Numbered from the stretch's first letter, positions 1 through 8,811 are shown. The stretch is 24,288 bases of DNA from an uncultured delta proteobacterium (GCA_963802945.1 CAWDKY010000011.1:1-24288), one strand, 5' to 3'. The notes: generated by a model from the sequence alone, not told the origin. Program-made: numbers and translations.

Positions 1-198
1 GGGCACGTGAGCCTCCTTTACGGGCCGCACGTGGTGGGAAGCTACACGGCGCAGGGGGAGCCGCTCGGACCGGCGGGGAAGACCCCCCGGGTCCGCCCGC
101 CGGCCACCACCGACGGCATCCGCCTGAGGTCTAAAGTTCTAGCCCCTGTACCCGGCGGCGCGGCGGCGACGTGGGCCTCGCCCTCCGCTTCGCCCTAA
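1..198 (+). CDS. C-terminal fragment of an ISNCY/IS1202-like transposase (5' part outside window)
   Basis: Frame is open from base 1: GHVSLLYGPHVVGSYTAQGEPL. From memory this resembles the 'YGPHVVGRYxAxG' C-terminal motif of ISNCY/IS1202-type transposases. It is followed by an IS-like end. Confidence 0.6.
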   Translation, partial: GHVSLLYGPHVVGSYTAQGEPLGPAGKTPRVRPPATTDGIRLRSKVLAPVPGGAAATWASPSASP

Positions 199-251
199 AC
201 GCTCCGCCCTGCGGGCTCCGCAGGGCTCCGCTCCGGGCGAGGCCCACGTCG
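167..251. repeat. 17-bp perfect inverted repeat with nested hairpin
   Basis: CGACGTGGGCCTCGCCC (167-183) / GGGCGAGGCCCACGTCG (235-251). Inner hairpin GCCCTGCGG-gct-CCGCAGGGC. Confidence 0.85.
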
Positions 252-397
252 AAAAACAAAGGCAGCGGCAATAACTAAGAATGAAAGGGAAACACTTCTA
301 GTAAGAGTAAAATAGAGAAATTGCCAGGAGCAAAGAAAAAGCAAAACCGGACAGATCACTTGCTATAAAAACCGGACAACTTGACAAGCTAAGAACA

Positions 398-423
398 ATC
401 AATTCCGCGATCAATTCCGCGAT
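398..423. repeat. 12-bp tandem duplication
   Basis: ATCAATTCCGCG twice (398-409, 410-421) plus AT, directly abutting the IS end. Confidence 0.9.
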
Positions 424-569
424 GCTGGCCGAAAGTGCATGAAGCCTGAGAATGGATAATGTATATTTACGGGACAACGCGTTCAAAATTGGCGACTGGC
501 GGAAACGTTCGGGTGCCGGATTAACTTGCGGATTGCCGCGCCTCGCCAGTCTCCGCCAGGAGTTCGGCG

Positions 570-1376
570 ATGATGGGAACCACCAAAACAATAACCTGGG
601 GTAACATCGAGGACTACCAGCGACTTCGGGAAGCCAGCCGGAAGCTGATGGACCGCATAACGAAGACGATTCCGCGTGCCGCCACGGAAGAGATTGGCGC
701 CGCCCTCGGAATCATGCAGAAGGGCGTGCTCTTCTTCGACACCGAAGATGTTGCCGCCGTGCTCGCCGACTGCTGCTTGCACGACTGGATTCGCGACGGC
801 CGGAATTTGATCACGAAATACACTGAAGATCATCCCGCGTCCCCAGGCAGCGACGAGGAGTTCCTTTTCCGCGCCTATCCGCAAGCCCGCTTCCGCGTCC
901 TGCTGCCCAAGAGTGTCGCCCCCGGTGCGGGCCTCGAGTGCCTCGATGCGCTTTCGGGGGAGCACCTTTTCCTCATGGATATTGCCTACAGCAGTTGTGT
1001 GCATGACGGCGGGCCCGTGATGGCGGGCCGAACGATTCCGCTGAATGGCTTTTGGATGACGACGGGAGCGGGGTTACCCGTCACCGGCGAAAAGATAATT
1101 AATGAAGTTGTCCGTGAAATCGAGAGGCTTTTCAAAATTGTGCCCGCCGTTGACCCCCATAAGATGGCGCTGGCAATTCTCCGCAAGTGCCTGGACTATG
1201 GCGCCGCTGAATACGTTACTTACCTGACGCCGGACGAAAGCGAGGATACGGAGGAACCAGAAGCCGATTTCGCGGCGCCGCCACAGCCGGTGGTCTCCCG
1301 GCGCGTGGCAGGGCGGAACGATCCCTGTCCCTGCGGAAGCGGGAAGAAATACAAGCGCTGCTGCTTGCGCAAATGA
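570..1376 (+). CDS. SEC-C metal-binding motif protein (N-terminal domain unknown)
   Basis: 268-aa ORF with AGGAG RBS at 558-562. C-terminal [18 protein letters not shown] is a SEC-C motif, preceded by an acidic linker. Confidence 0.85.
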   Translation: MMGTTKTITWGNIEDYQRLREASRKLMDRITKTIPRAATEEIGAALGIMQKGVLFFDTEDVAAVLADCCLHDWIRDGRNLITKYTEDHPASPGSDEEFLFRAYPQARFRVLLPKSVAPGAGLECLDALSGEHLFLMDIAYSSCVHDGGPVMAGRTIPLNGFWMTTGAGLPVTGEKIINEVVREIERLFKIVPAVDPHKMALAILRKCLDYGAAEYVTYLTPDESEDTEEPEADFAAPPQPVVSRRVAGRNDPCPCGSGKKYKRCCLRK

Positions 1377-1483
1377 AGCCAGCCATCCTACCTGCGATTC
1401 TCACCACCGGCGGGAAGGAGCTTTCAAGCCAGGCCTGGCCAGATCTTCATGATTACTCCCGTGCCTCGCGATCCCTACTCGTG

Positions 1484-2815
1484 TCACATAATCGCCGTGG
1501 GCGGCGCGGGCTCATCGGGGCTGCCGGCATTGGCCAGCGGCACTTTTACCATCGCGATGATCAGCACGAGAGCGCGATCAGCGCGGCCCAGTACGGCGGC
1601 GCCCATGTCAGCAGCGTAACATTATGGCCCGACCCCACCAGTCCGGCGATGACCAGTCCGCACAGGGCCTCGCCGGCGATCAGCCCCGAAGCGGTGAGCA
1701 CGCCGGCATTATCCACGCGGGCTTTCTGCGCGTCGTTCAGGCCCCTGCCGATCCCGCAGCTTGTCGGTTACCCAGCGGATCACCCCGCCGACGAAAATGG
1801 CGAAAGTGGTCCCCAGCGGCAGATACATGCCCACCGCGAAGAGCATCACGCTTTTCACTTCGATCATGATCATCGCGAAGCCCATCAGGATTCCGACAAT
1901 CACCAGCGGCCACGCCATGTCGCCGCCCACAATGCCTTTGGCGAGCATCGCCATCAGTCCGGCTTGGGGCGCGGGCAATGCGGGGCTGCCGAAGTGGTAG
2001 GCCTTGTCGAGAATCGCCAGCGGGAAGAAGAGGACCAGGGAGGCCACCACGATGCCGAACAGGTCGCCGACCTGCATCTTGGCGGGTGTGCCGCCCAGAA
2101 TGTGCCCCACCTTGAGATCCTGCAACATCTCGCCGGCCACGGCGGAAGAGACGCAGACCACGGCGGCGACGCCGAGCACCGCCGTGACGCCGCCGGCGCC
2201 GGAGACGCCCAGGGCCACCATCAGCAGAGCCGCAACCACCAGCGTGCAGAGGGTCAATCCCGACACGGGATTATTGGAGGAGCCGATCATTCCCACCAGA
2301 TTTCCGGAGACCGCGGCGAAGAAGAAGCCGAGCACAATCATCACCAGCGCCGCCACCACCGCGCCGGCGATGACTTTCGAGCTGGTGAGATTCCCCGCGC
2401 TGCCGATGAAGAAGTAGTACAGCGCGATCATCGCCACGAACACCACGCCCACGCCCGCGAATACCACCTTGGCGCTCAGGTCGCGGTCAGTGCGGTTGGT
2501 GGCGGCATGGGCAGCGGCGGATTTCTTCAGATCGGTGATGGCGCGCGCCATGCCTGCGCCCAGTTGCTTGCGCATCTTGAACAAGGTGTAGGAAGCGCCC
2601 ACCAGCATTCCGCCCACCGCGATGGGGCGCACCACGGAGAAATAAATTGCCTGCGCCAGCAGCGTCCAGGAAAGCGGTTGACCGCCCGCCTGGGAAGCCT
2701 GGATGCTGGGTCCCAGCACGAAGGTGAGCAGGGGAACCAGCAGTCCCCACGCCAGCACGCCGCCGGCAAAATTCAACGACGCCAGGCGTGGGCCGATGAT
2801 GTAGCCTACTCCAAG
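1484..2815 (-). CDS. OPT-family oligopeptide transporter, 5'-truncated, two apparent frameshifts (~1744, ~1570)
   Basis: Multi-TM protein with motifs LGVGYIIGPR, GMIGSSNNPVSG, QDLKVGHILGGTP, LPAPQAGLMA, FAVGMYLP. After a frame change it continues DAQKARVDNAGVLTASGLIAGEAL and ends ...PDEPAPPTAIM* at 1484. Confidence 0.9.
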
Positions 2816-3049
2816 GCTCGTTATGAACTTTTTTGCCGGGAACTTCGCGTCCTATTGGATTTTGCCGGGGCCTCAAAAGTGCTTTTCGGTACAGATAATC
2901 CCATGAACTCGGCCGTTGTACCCACAAAAACTTTGATTCAATTACTGAAAGATCTGCCGAAAAAGGCGCCGGCGGGGATTGCCTTTACCAAGGAGGAGAT
3001 TGACGGGATTCTCGGCGGGAATGCCGCTTCTCTCTTGGGTCTTAAGTAG
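2811..3049 (+). CDS. C-terminal fragment of an amidohydrolase_2 (TIM-barrel) family protein
   Basis: ...LDFAGASKVLFGTDNP...EEIDGILGGNAASLLGLK*, containing the typical LFGTDxP and ILGGNA motifs. The 5' part is missing at the junction. Confidence 0.8.
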
Positions 3050-3162
3050 AACTAACAACGGGTCTAAGATAGACTGCTTTTTTAAAAAGACTTCTGTATT
3101 TTCGCCAGACAGTCCACCTAAAACTAACTCTTTTTAATGTCCCGCACTTCGACAGCAGAAAT

Positions 3163-3196
3163 AAAAAAGGAGCTAGTCCAAAACGGCCAACTCCTT
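3163..3196 (-). terminator. Intrinsic terminator after tRNA-Val
   Basis: Minus strand AAGGAGTTGG-ccgttttgga-CTAGCTCCTT running into a T-tract. Confidence 0.7.
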
Positions 3197-3204
3197 AAAA
3201 TGCA

Positions 3205-3279
3205 TGGTAGGCACGATGGGTCTTGAACCCATGACCTCTACCGTGTCAGGGTAGCGCTCTCCCCCTGAGCTACGTGCCT
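3205..3279 (-). tRNA. tRNA-Val(GAC)
   Basis: Acceptor stem AGGCACG/CGTGCCT, anticodon arm CTACC-CTGACAC-GGTAG, T arm ATGGG-TTCAAGA-CCCAT, encoded CCA; 75 nt. Confidence 0.97.
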
Positions 3280-3395
3280 ATAACCTTGTTTCTTTTTAAT
3301 CAATTCCGATCACCAGTGTCAAGCAAAAATCCTGGTGATAGTCAAATAAATTTCCCTTCACCTTCGCTTCTCAGCAAATCAAACCAGAAGGAAAA

Positions 3396-3920
3396 TCAGG
3401 TTAAAATTTTCAGGCCCGAATAGATATAATGGAACCCTGAAAAAAGGGTTAAGATCAAGGTCACTAAAACCAATCCTTGTTTCACCCAAGGGTCAAAATG
3501 AACATATCCGGAAGACAGGACGAGCAAAATCAACAGCAATTGAAAGACGGTATTCAGCTTACTGGAGATGGTGGGTTTCATCTCAAAACGGACTTGAGTA
3601 AGAAATAAGATACTGACTCCCAAAACAATCACCACATCCCGGCTGATGACAATCACCGCCAGCCAAACCGGTATCTGCTTCATGATGGCCAAGGCAATAA
3701 AAGCCGTGGACAATAACATTTTATCGGCAATGGGATCCAATAAAGAACCCAAATAGGTCTTCTGAGAAAACCAACGTGCGATTAGTCCATCCAATCCATC
3801 GGTCACCGCCGCCCCGGCAAAAACCCACAGGGCCTGCTTAAAAGAACCGTTGATCAAAAGGATTGCGAACCAGGGTATTAAAATAATTCGAATCAGGGTT
3901 ATTAGATTAGGGATGGTCAT
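3396..3920 (-). CDS. CDP-alcohol phosphatidyltransferase (PgsA/cardiolipin synthase-like)
   Basis: MTIPNLITLIR start and the signature DGLDGLIAR...GSLLDPIADK; hydrophobic. Confidence 0.9.
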   Translation of the reverse strand: MTIPNLITLIRIILIPWFAILLINGSFKQALWVFAGAAVTDGLDGLIARWFSQKTYLGSLLDPIADKMLLSTAFIALAIMKQIPVWLAVIVISRDVVIVLGVSILFLTQVRFEMKPTISSKLNTVFQLLLILLVLSSGYVHFDPWVKQGLVLVTLILTLFSGFHYIYSGLKILT

Positions 3921-4851
3921 GGATTTCTGACTGCTTTAAAAATTTAAAAATGTTTAATCTTATTTTATCAAATTCCTCAGGAGAAAACCAGGTCAAATTT
4001 TCTTCTTTGGCCAGCCAGGTCAATTGTCTTTTGGCATAACGGCGGGTATCCCTCTTGATCAAATCAACGGCCTCTTTTAAATCTCGAATCCCCTTAATCA
4101 CTTCCACCAGATGACGGTAGCCCAAGGATTTCATGGATTTCAATTCAGGGGCATATCCTTTTTTCAATAAGCCCCTGGACCTCGTCAAGAAACCCTCTGT
4201 TCATCATGGCTTCTGTTCTTAAGTTGATATTCCGATAAAGGACTTCTCGTTCCAGAGAAAGACCGATCCAGAGGATCTCAAAATCCGATTCGGCCTCGTT
4301 GCCCCACTGCTGCCAATCCGAAATGGGACGGCCGGTCAATTCCAAAACCTCCAGGGCCCGGATCAATCGAAAGGTATCCCTGGGATGGATCCGGCTCGCG
4401 GCCAGGGGATCATTTTTTCTGAGCTTCTTCCCAAAGAAATTCAGGACCCTGTGACTGAAGCAGCTTTTTTCCATCTTTGCCTGATCTCGGTCTTTGGTTT
4501 AGGACAGGAGAAAATACCCCTTTGCAAAACCCTCAGATATAAACCGGTCCCTCCAATCACCAGGATAGGGACCTGCCGGAGGTGAAGCCTTTGAATAATC
4601 GACTGGGCCCGAATCCTGAACTCAGAGGCATCAAAAGGCTGATCCGGATCGATAATATCAATTAAATGATAGGGAACTTCTTTGCGTTCCAACAGAGTTG
4701 GTTTGGCTGTTCCGATATCCATATAACGATAAATCTGCATGGAATCGGCATTGAGAATTTCCCCGCCCATCTCTCTGGCCAGGCAATGACCCAAATAGGA
4801 TTTCCCTACTCCCGTCGGGCCGGTTATTATGACCAATTTAGGACGGTCCAT
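3907..4851 (-). CDS. miaA: tRNA dimethylallyltransferase (split by apparent sequencing frameshifts)
   Basis: GPTGVGKS P-loop, ADSMQIYRYMDIGTAKP, GGTGLY, RLIRALEV and TRRYAKRQLTW lie across three ORF pieces. The mutL-miaA order is conserved. Confidence 0.95.
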
Positions 4852-4897
4852 AATACTTTCGGATGGCTTTGAATAAACTCCCCGGACAAACCCCAGT

Positions 4898-4923
4898 CTT
4901 GAATACTCGAACCCATGAATCCT
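4898..4923 (-). repeat. Degenerate 8-mer tandem array (GGATTCAA-like)
   Basis: Minus strand AG GATTCATG GGTTCGAG TATTCAAG, just after the mutL stop. Confidence 0.6.
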
Positions 4924-4939
4924 TTTTCCCTGTTTCCCA

Positions 4940-6751
4940 TCATCTTCGCTTGAATCGTTTTTCAATTTCTTCCCAGGGAAAAAGGATCCAAAGAGGGCGT
5001 CCATGCGGACAATGGGATGGAGATTCTGTCTGGTCCAATTGAATCAATAAGGCCTTCATTTCTTCCTGACCTAAAACCTGTCCGGCCCGGATCGCACTGT
5101 GGCAGGCCAATAGTTTTAAGAGTGATCTTGAAAATTCCTCAGACGTGATCAAACGGTTTTCCGATTTCATTTCTTCCAGGATTTCCTTCAAAACCTCTTC
5201 CCCTTGACCTGAAGTCATCCCCGAGGGAATAGATTTTATCCACAGGCTGTTTCCACCGGCCGGAGTGATCTCAAATCCGAAATGGCTTATTTCCTGTTGA
5301 ATCGATTCCGTATCAATGCCCCATCCAGGCGGCAGCTCTACTAAAATGGGAATTATGAGATATTGAGAAGAGACCCCTCCTGCCTGCCATTGATTAAGGT
5401 ATCGTTCATAGAGAATCCTCTCATGGGCTGCATGTTGATCGATAAGAACCAGCCCGCTGTTCATCAATGCCACCAGGTAGGTTCCATGGATTTGACCCAT
5501 GAGAGTCAATCCGGAAAACCCCCCTGCCCTATTGACCATTTGTTCCTCATCCAACGGCCTGTCCATAGTCAAAGGTGTGGCTTGATCTAAATCTGGGGCA
5601 TTAGCCCCGGCAGGAAATCCCAACGAAACCGGACCTTCCTCCTGAATGGAAGGGCTCAGGAATGAGGGAATATCGGATTCTTTAAAAAGAAAGGGTTGGC
5701 TTGGACCCGTTGTCCATTCTTTAGGGAAAAACCCTTTCTCCATCTTCGCTGGTTTAGGCATATAGGATTTTAAGGCCTGACTGATGGCCTTGCCTACTAA
5801 GGATTGAATCCAGGTTGTTTGACTGAAACGTACCTCTTGTTTGGAAGGATGAATATTGACATCAATCAATTCCGGAGGAACTTCCAGCCAAACGGCGGCC
5901 GCGGGGAAACGCCCCGAAGGGATCATGCCGGCATAAGATCGAACAATCAGCGGGTAAAGCAGCGGACTGCGGACCCATCGTTGATTGACAATGAAAGCGA
6001 TATTCCGAGAGGTGTTCTGGTGGATGTGGGGTGGAGAGATAAAACCAAAAATCCTAATCCGATCCTCGGACAATTTCAGAGGAATCAGATCTTTTGTTTT
6101 TTCCGAACCCCATAATTCCTGCAAACGAAGGATCAAATCTTGAGCCGGAAAAAGTTGGAGAATTTTTTTCCCGTTATGGGTCAGGTCGAACCGCAATGAA
6201 GGAAAACCCAAGGCTACCCGTTCAAAGGCCGTCTGGATTTGATTCCACTCCCCTCTCGGAGTTTTTAAAAAAGCCATCCTGGCTGGTGTATTATAAAAAA
6301 GATCCAGCACCTCTACGGTTGTCCCGGAAGTCCCTCCGACTTCCTCCAGGCCCATTTTTTTTCCTCCCCAAACCGAAAGCCGATGACCCGACACTTCGCC
6401 CTGGAAGGTTGAAAGGATGGTCATCCGGCTTACCGAAGCTATACTTGGCAAGGCCTCTCCCCGAAACCCCATGGACTGTAAGGCGATCAGATCGGCATAT
6501 TCCTTGATTTTACTGGTGGCATGCCGCTCAATGGACAGGAGCAGGTCATCTTTGGTCATTCCCCGGCCGTTGTCCGAGACCCGAATGGATGATCTTCCGG
6601 ATTGGATAATATCGACCTGAATGTCGGACGCCCCGGCATCGACGGAATTCTCCAATAATTCCTTAACGACCGAAGCCGGTCTTTCAACGACCTCGCCGGC
6701 GGCGATTTGATTAATCAGGGATTCAGGAAGAATTTGGATCAATCCGCTCAT
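4940..6751 (-). CDS. mutL: DNA mismatch repair endonuclease MutL
   Basis: NQIAAGEVVERPASVVKELLENS, GFRGEALPSI, and endonuclease motifs DQHAAHERILYE, ACH, CPHGRP. Confidence 0.98.
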   Translation of the reverse strand: MSGLIQILPESLINQIAAGEVVERPASVVKELLENSVDAGASDIQVDIIQSGRSSIRVSDNGRGMTKDDLLLSIERHATSKIKEYADLIALQSMGFRGEALPSIASVSRMTILSTFQGEVSGHRLSVWGGKKMGLEEVGGTSGTTVEVLDLFYNTPARMAFLKTPRGEWNQIQTAFERVALGFPSLRFDLTHNGKKILQLFPAQDLILRLQELWGSEKTKDLIPLKLSEDRIRIFGFISPPHIHQNTSRNIAFIVNQRWVRSPLLYPLIVRSYAGMIPSGRFPAAAVWLEVPPELIDVNIHPSKQEVRFSQTTWIQSLVGKAISQALKSYMPKPAKMEKGFFPKEWTTGPSQPFLFKESDIPSFLSPSIQEEGPVSLGFPAGANAPDLDQATPLTMDRPLDEEQMVNRAGGFSGLTLMGQIHGTYLVALMNSGLVLIDQHAAHERILYERYLNQWQAGGVSSQYLIIPILVELPPGWGIDTESIQQEISHFGFEITPAGGNSLWIKSIPSGMTSGQGEEVLKEILEEMKSENRLITSEEFSRSLLKLLACHSAIRAGQVLGQEEMKALLIQLDQTESPSHCPHGRPLWILFPWEEIEKRFKRR

Positions 6752-6832
6752 GATATTTATTGGAAGATTATTTTTTATTCCAAGATTTTCTTTCTATATA
6801 ACACAGGCATGATTAATCGGCCATACTATTTT

Positions 6833-7010
6833 GATTTTTGATTGCGGATTGCCGATTGCGGAACAAAAAAGCTAAACAAGATTTGATGGGATTTATAGGG
6901 AAAGTAAAATCAAATTTCTCCTTGAGGGATGAAAAAGGAAGGAAGCACCTTTTTGGCTTAGTGCTTTAAAGAATCACACCTTCCGCACTCCGAAATCCGA
7001 AATCTAAAAT
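6833..7010. repeat. Inverted pair of 7-mer tandem arrays (GATTGCG / CGAAATC)
   Basis: GATTTTT GATTGCG GATTGCC GATTGCG GAA (6833-6863) versus TTC CGCACTC CGAAATC CGAAATC TAAAAT (6981-7010); 117-nt spacer. Confidence 0.8.
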
Positions 7011-7024
7011 TAACGATAAACCTC

Positions 7025-7054
7025 TTGATTTCCCTTCAGGTTCTGCGGTATCTT
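7025..7054 (+). promoter_or_regulatory. Putative sigma70 promoter
   Basis: TTGATT-N18-TATCTT. Confidence 0.45.
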
Positions 7055-7092
7055 TTTTAAATAGGGAGGGCTGCACAGGTTCTTCTTAACCA

Positions 7093-7143
7093 GGGCCTCT
7101 GCTGAAAGAAACGCCTTCTTCCTACAGCAGAGGCCCATTATTT
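7093..7143 (+). terminator. 12-bp GC-rich hairpin, terminator-like
   Basis: GGGCCTCTGCTG / CAGCAGAGGCCC with a 20-nt loop, followed by ATTATTT. Confidence 0.65.
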
Positions 7144-7155
7144 GAAAAGAAAACA

Positions 7156-7270
7156 GTATTCGAGGATTCTAGGATTCGGGGGCCTGCGACGAGAGCTCAG
7201 CCGGGACGTTCAACGGTTTTAACTTCCATGCTTTTCACTCCGCCCTGCGGTCCTAGACCCCTTGAATCCT
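7156..7270. repeat. Inverted pair of 8-mer tandem arrays with internal REP-like segment
   Basis: GTATTCGA GGATTCTA GGATTCGG (7156-7179) ... CCTAGACC CCTTGAAT CCT (7252-7270). Confidence 0.65.
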
Positions 7271-7298
7271 ACAATGATAATCAGGAGGTATATAGCCT

Positions 7299-7454
7299 AT
7301 GAAACCTGAAGAAGAAACAGTCTTAAAAGTGACCAAAGAGATCGTCATCAAATACATTAAAATCGGTCGGTTACCCTTGACCCAATTTGACGAAGCCTTT
7401 AAAACCGTTTATAAGACTGTTCAGGAAACAATCCAAACATCTTCCTCCAAATAG
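7299..7454 (+). CDS. 51-aa small protein (absent from ORF track), Ros/MucR N-terminus-like
   Basis: Strong RBS AGGAGGT 9 nt upstream. Sequence MKPEEETVLKVTKEIVIKYIKIGRLPLTQFDEAFKTVYKTVQETIQTSSSK*, two amphipathic helices. Confidence 0.8.
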   Translation: MKPEEETVLKVTKEIVIKYIKIGRLPLTQFDEAFKTVYKTVQETIQTSSSK

Positions 7455-7569
7455 ATCGTAACAGCAGCTCAAGATTTCTCCGGCTTCATGCCAATCGTCT
7501 TGATCTAAATCTTATTTGTTGCCGACGGTGCCTAACCTTGTACTTTTTGCCTCCAGCCTTTAACCTTTT

Positions 7570-8316
7570 TTAATAGATGACTTTTCTTAAGAACAACCCA
7601 TGGGCCGGCGCCATCTCCCCGGCCTGAGAGCGGTCTTTGGATTGAATGATCTTTTCAAACCCCTCTATCGAGATCCGTCCCGACCCGACCCGAATCAGAG
7701 TTCCCACCATATTTCGAACCATATGTCTTAAAAAGCCATCGGCTTTAAACCTCAACTTAAAGCCGCCCCATGGCAAGGGAAGAAGAGCAGCCTGATAAAG
7801 GGTGCGCACCGAATGAGACACCTCGCTTCCCTGAGTTCGGAAACTGGAAAAATCCTTTTCTCCTACCAAGAGGGACACGCCGGCTTTGATCAGGTTGGTA
7901 TCGAAAGGACCCTGCAGGAACCAAACATAGGGACGGAAAAAGGGGGTCATACGAGAATGGTTGCAGATAAAATAATCATAGATCTTTGCCCTGCTGGAAT
8001 ATCGAGCATGAAAGGACGGTTCAGCCTCCTGAACTCGGCGAATTAAAATATCATTGGGTAAAAGGGCCTGAAGAGCCGCTTCCATTTTGTCAATCATCAT
8101 TTCGGAATTCGTCCTGAGGTTGGCCACCTGTCCCCAGGCATGAACACCGGCATCAGTCCTCCCGGCCCCAACGAGGGAGACCGTCTGTTGCGTTATTCGG
8201 GTCAGAATTTCTTCGATCACACCCTGGATCGTCGGGCAATCTTTTTGCCTCTGCCAACCCTGGTAATTCGTGCCGTTATAGGCAATCAAAAGGCGAATGT
8301 TACGTTCCATCATCAT
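7570..8316 (-). CDS. truA: tRNA pseudouridine(38-40) synthase
   Basis: YNGTNYQGWQRQ, GAGRTDAGVHA, FHARYS, GFLRHMVRNMVG, APAHGLFL. Confidence 0.97.
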   Translation of the reverse strand: MMMERNIRLLIAYNGTNYQGWQRQKDCPTIQGVIEEILTRITQQTVSLVGAGRTDAGVHAWGQVANLRTNSEMMIDKMEAALQALLPNDILIRRVQEAEPSFHARYSSRAKIYDYFICNHSRMTPFFRPYVWFLQGPFDTNLIKAGVSLLVGEKDFSSFRTQGSEVSHSVRTLYQAALLPLPWGGFKLRFKADGFLRHMVRNMVGTLIRVGSGRISIEGFEKIIQSKDRSQAGEMAPAHGLFLRKVIY

Positions 8317-8360
8317 GTGGTCTTTTAATCCGCAGAATTTATTGGGTCTGGAAGAAAAAT

Positions 8361-8391
8361 AAAAAAGGGAAGGCCTTTGGAGCCTCCCCTT
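8361..8391 (-). terminator. Intrinsic terminator after rplM-rpsI
   Basis: Minus strand AAGGGGAGGC-tccaaag-GCCTTCCCTT running into a T-tract. Confidence 0.8.
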
Positions 8392-8418
8392 ATTCAGCTT
8401 AATAAATTTAAATAAGGC

Positions 8419-8811
8419 TTATCGTTTTGAATATTGATACCGCGCCCTGGCCCCTTTTTGACCGTATTTCTTTCTTTCTTTAATCCTCGAATCCCGGGAA
8501 ATAAAACCGGCTTTCTTCAACACCGCCCGGAGTTGCGGATCATAAACCAAAAGAGCCTTGGTGATCCCGTGTTTAATAGCCCCGGCTTGTCCGGAAAGGC
8601 CTCCACCGGTCACATTAACCAGGATGTCAAATTTACCTACCGTCTCCGTCAGTTCGAGGGGTTGGAGAACAACCATTTTGGCCGTCTCTCGGCTGAAATA
8701 CCGGTCGATAGGTCGGCCGTTAATCGTTATTAGACCTGACCCTGGTCTCAACCAAGTGCGGGCGATGGCCAGTTTCCTTTTACCTGTTGCATAATACTCT
8801 TTGTCTGCCAT
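8419..8811 (-). CDS. rpsI: 30S ribosomal protein uS9
   Basis: [42 protein letters not shown]; start at MADK after GGAAGG. Confidence 0.98.
   Translation of the reverse strand: MADKEYYATGKRKLAIARTWLRPGSGLITINGRPIDRYFSRETAKMVVLQPLELTETVGKFDILVNVTGGGLSGQAGAIKHGITKALLVYDPQLRAVLKKAGFISRDSRIKERKKYGQKGARARYQYSKR

Larger units (their letters stand above)
1..397 (+). mobile_element. Right end of an IS1202/ISNCY-like insertion sequence
   Basis: Transposase tail, then two subterminal direct repeats AAAACCGGACA (343-353, 368-378), ending ...AAGAACA at 397 (a TGT...ACA-type terminus). Confidence 0.6.

Noticed and set aside
1373-3049. 558-aa ORF as a novel His/Arg-rich protein
   Set aside because: It is the antisense shadow of the GC-rich OPT gene, fused in frame across the junction to a real amidohydrolase tail.
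3050-3279. tRNA-Val 3' end as the att site of an island comprising the GC-rich left segment
   Set aside because: No integrase or duplicated tRNA 3' end is visible, and the composition shift is ~400 bp away, inside two broken genes.
3907-4851. miaA, rnc and rpsU as pseudogenes or programmed frameshift sites
   Set aside because: All catalytic motifs are intact, there is no shared slippery motif, and the same +1 pattern recurs in unrelated genes; sequencing error is simpler.
4852-5004. N-terminal extensions of miaA (likewise rpsI, rnc, ihfA, mnmG) in the ORF track
   Set aside because: They are longest-ORF artefacts that run through repeats, promoters or neighbouring genes; family homology begins at the downstream starts.
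6833-7270. CRISPR array
   Set aside because: Units are 7-8 nt in tandem without unique spacers, and there are no cas genes.
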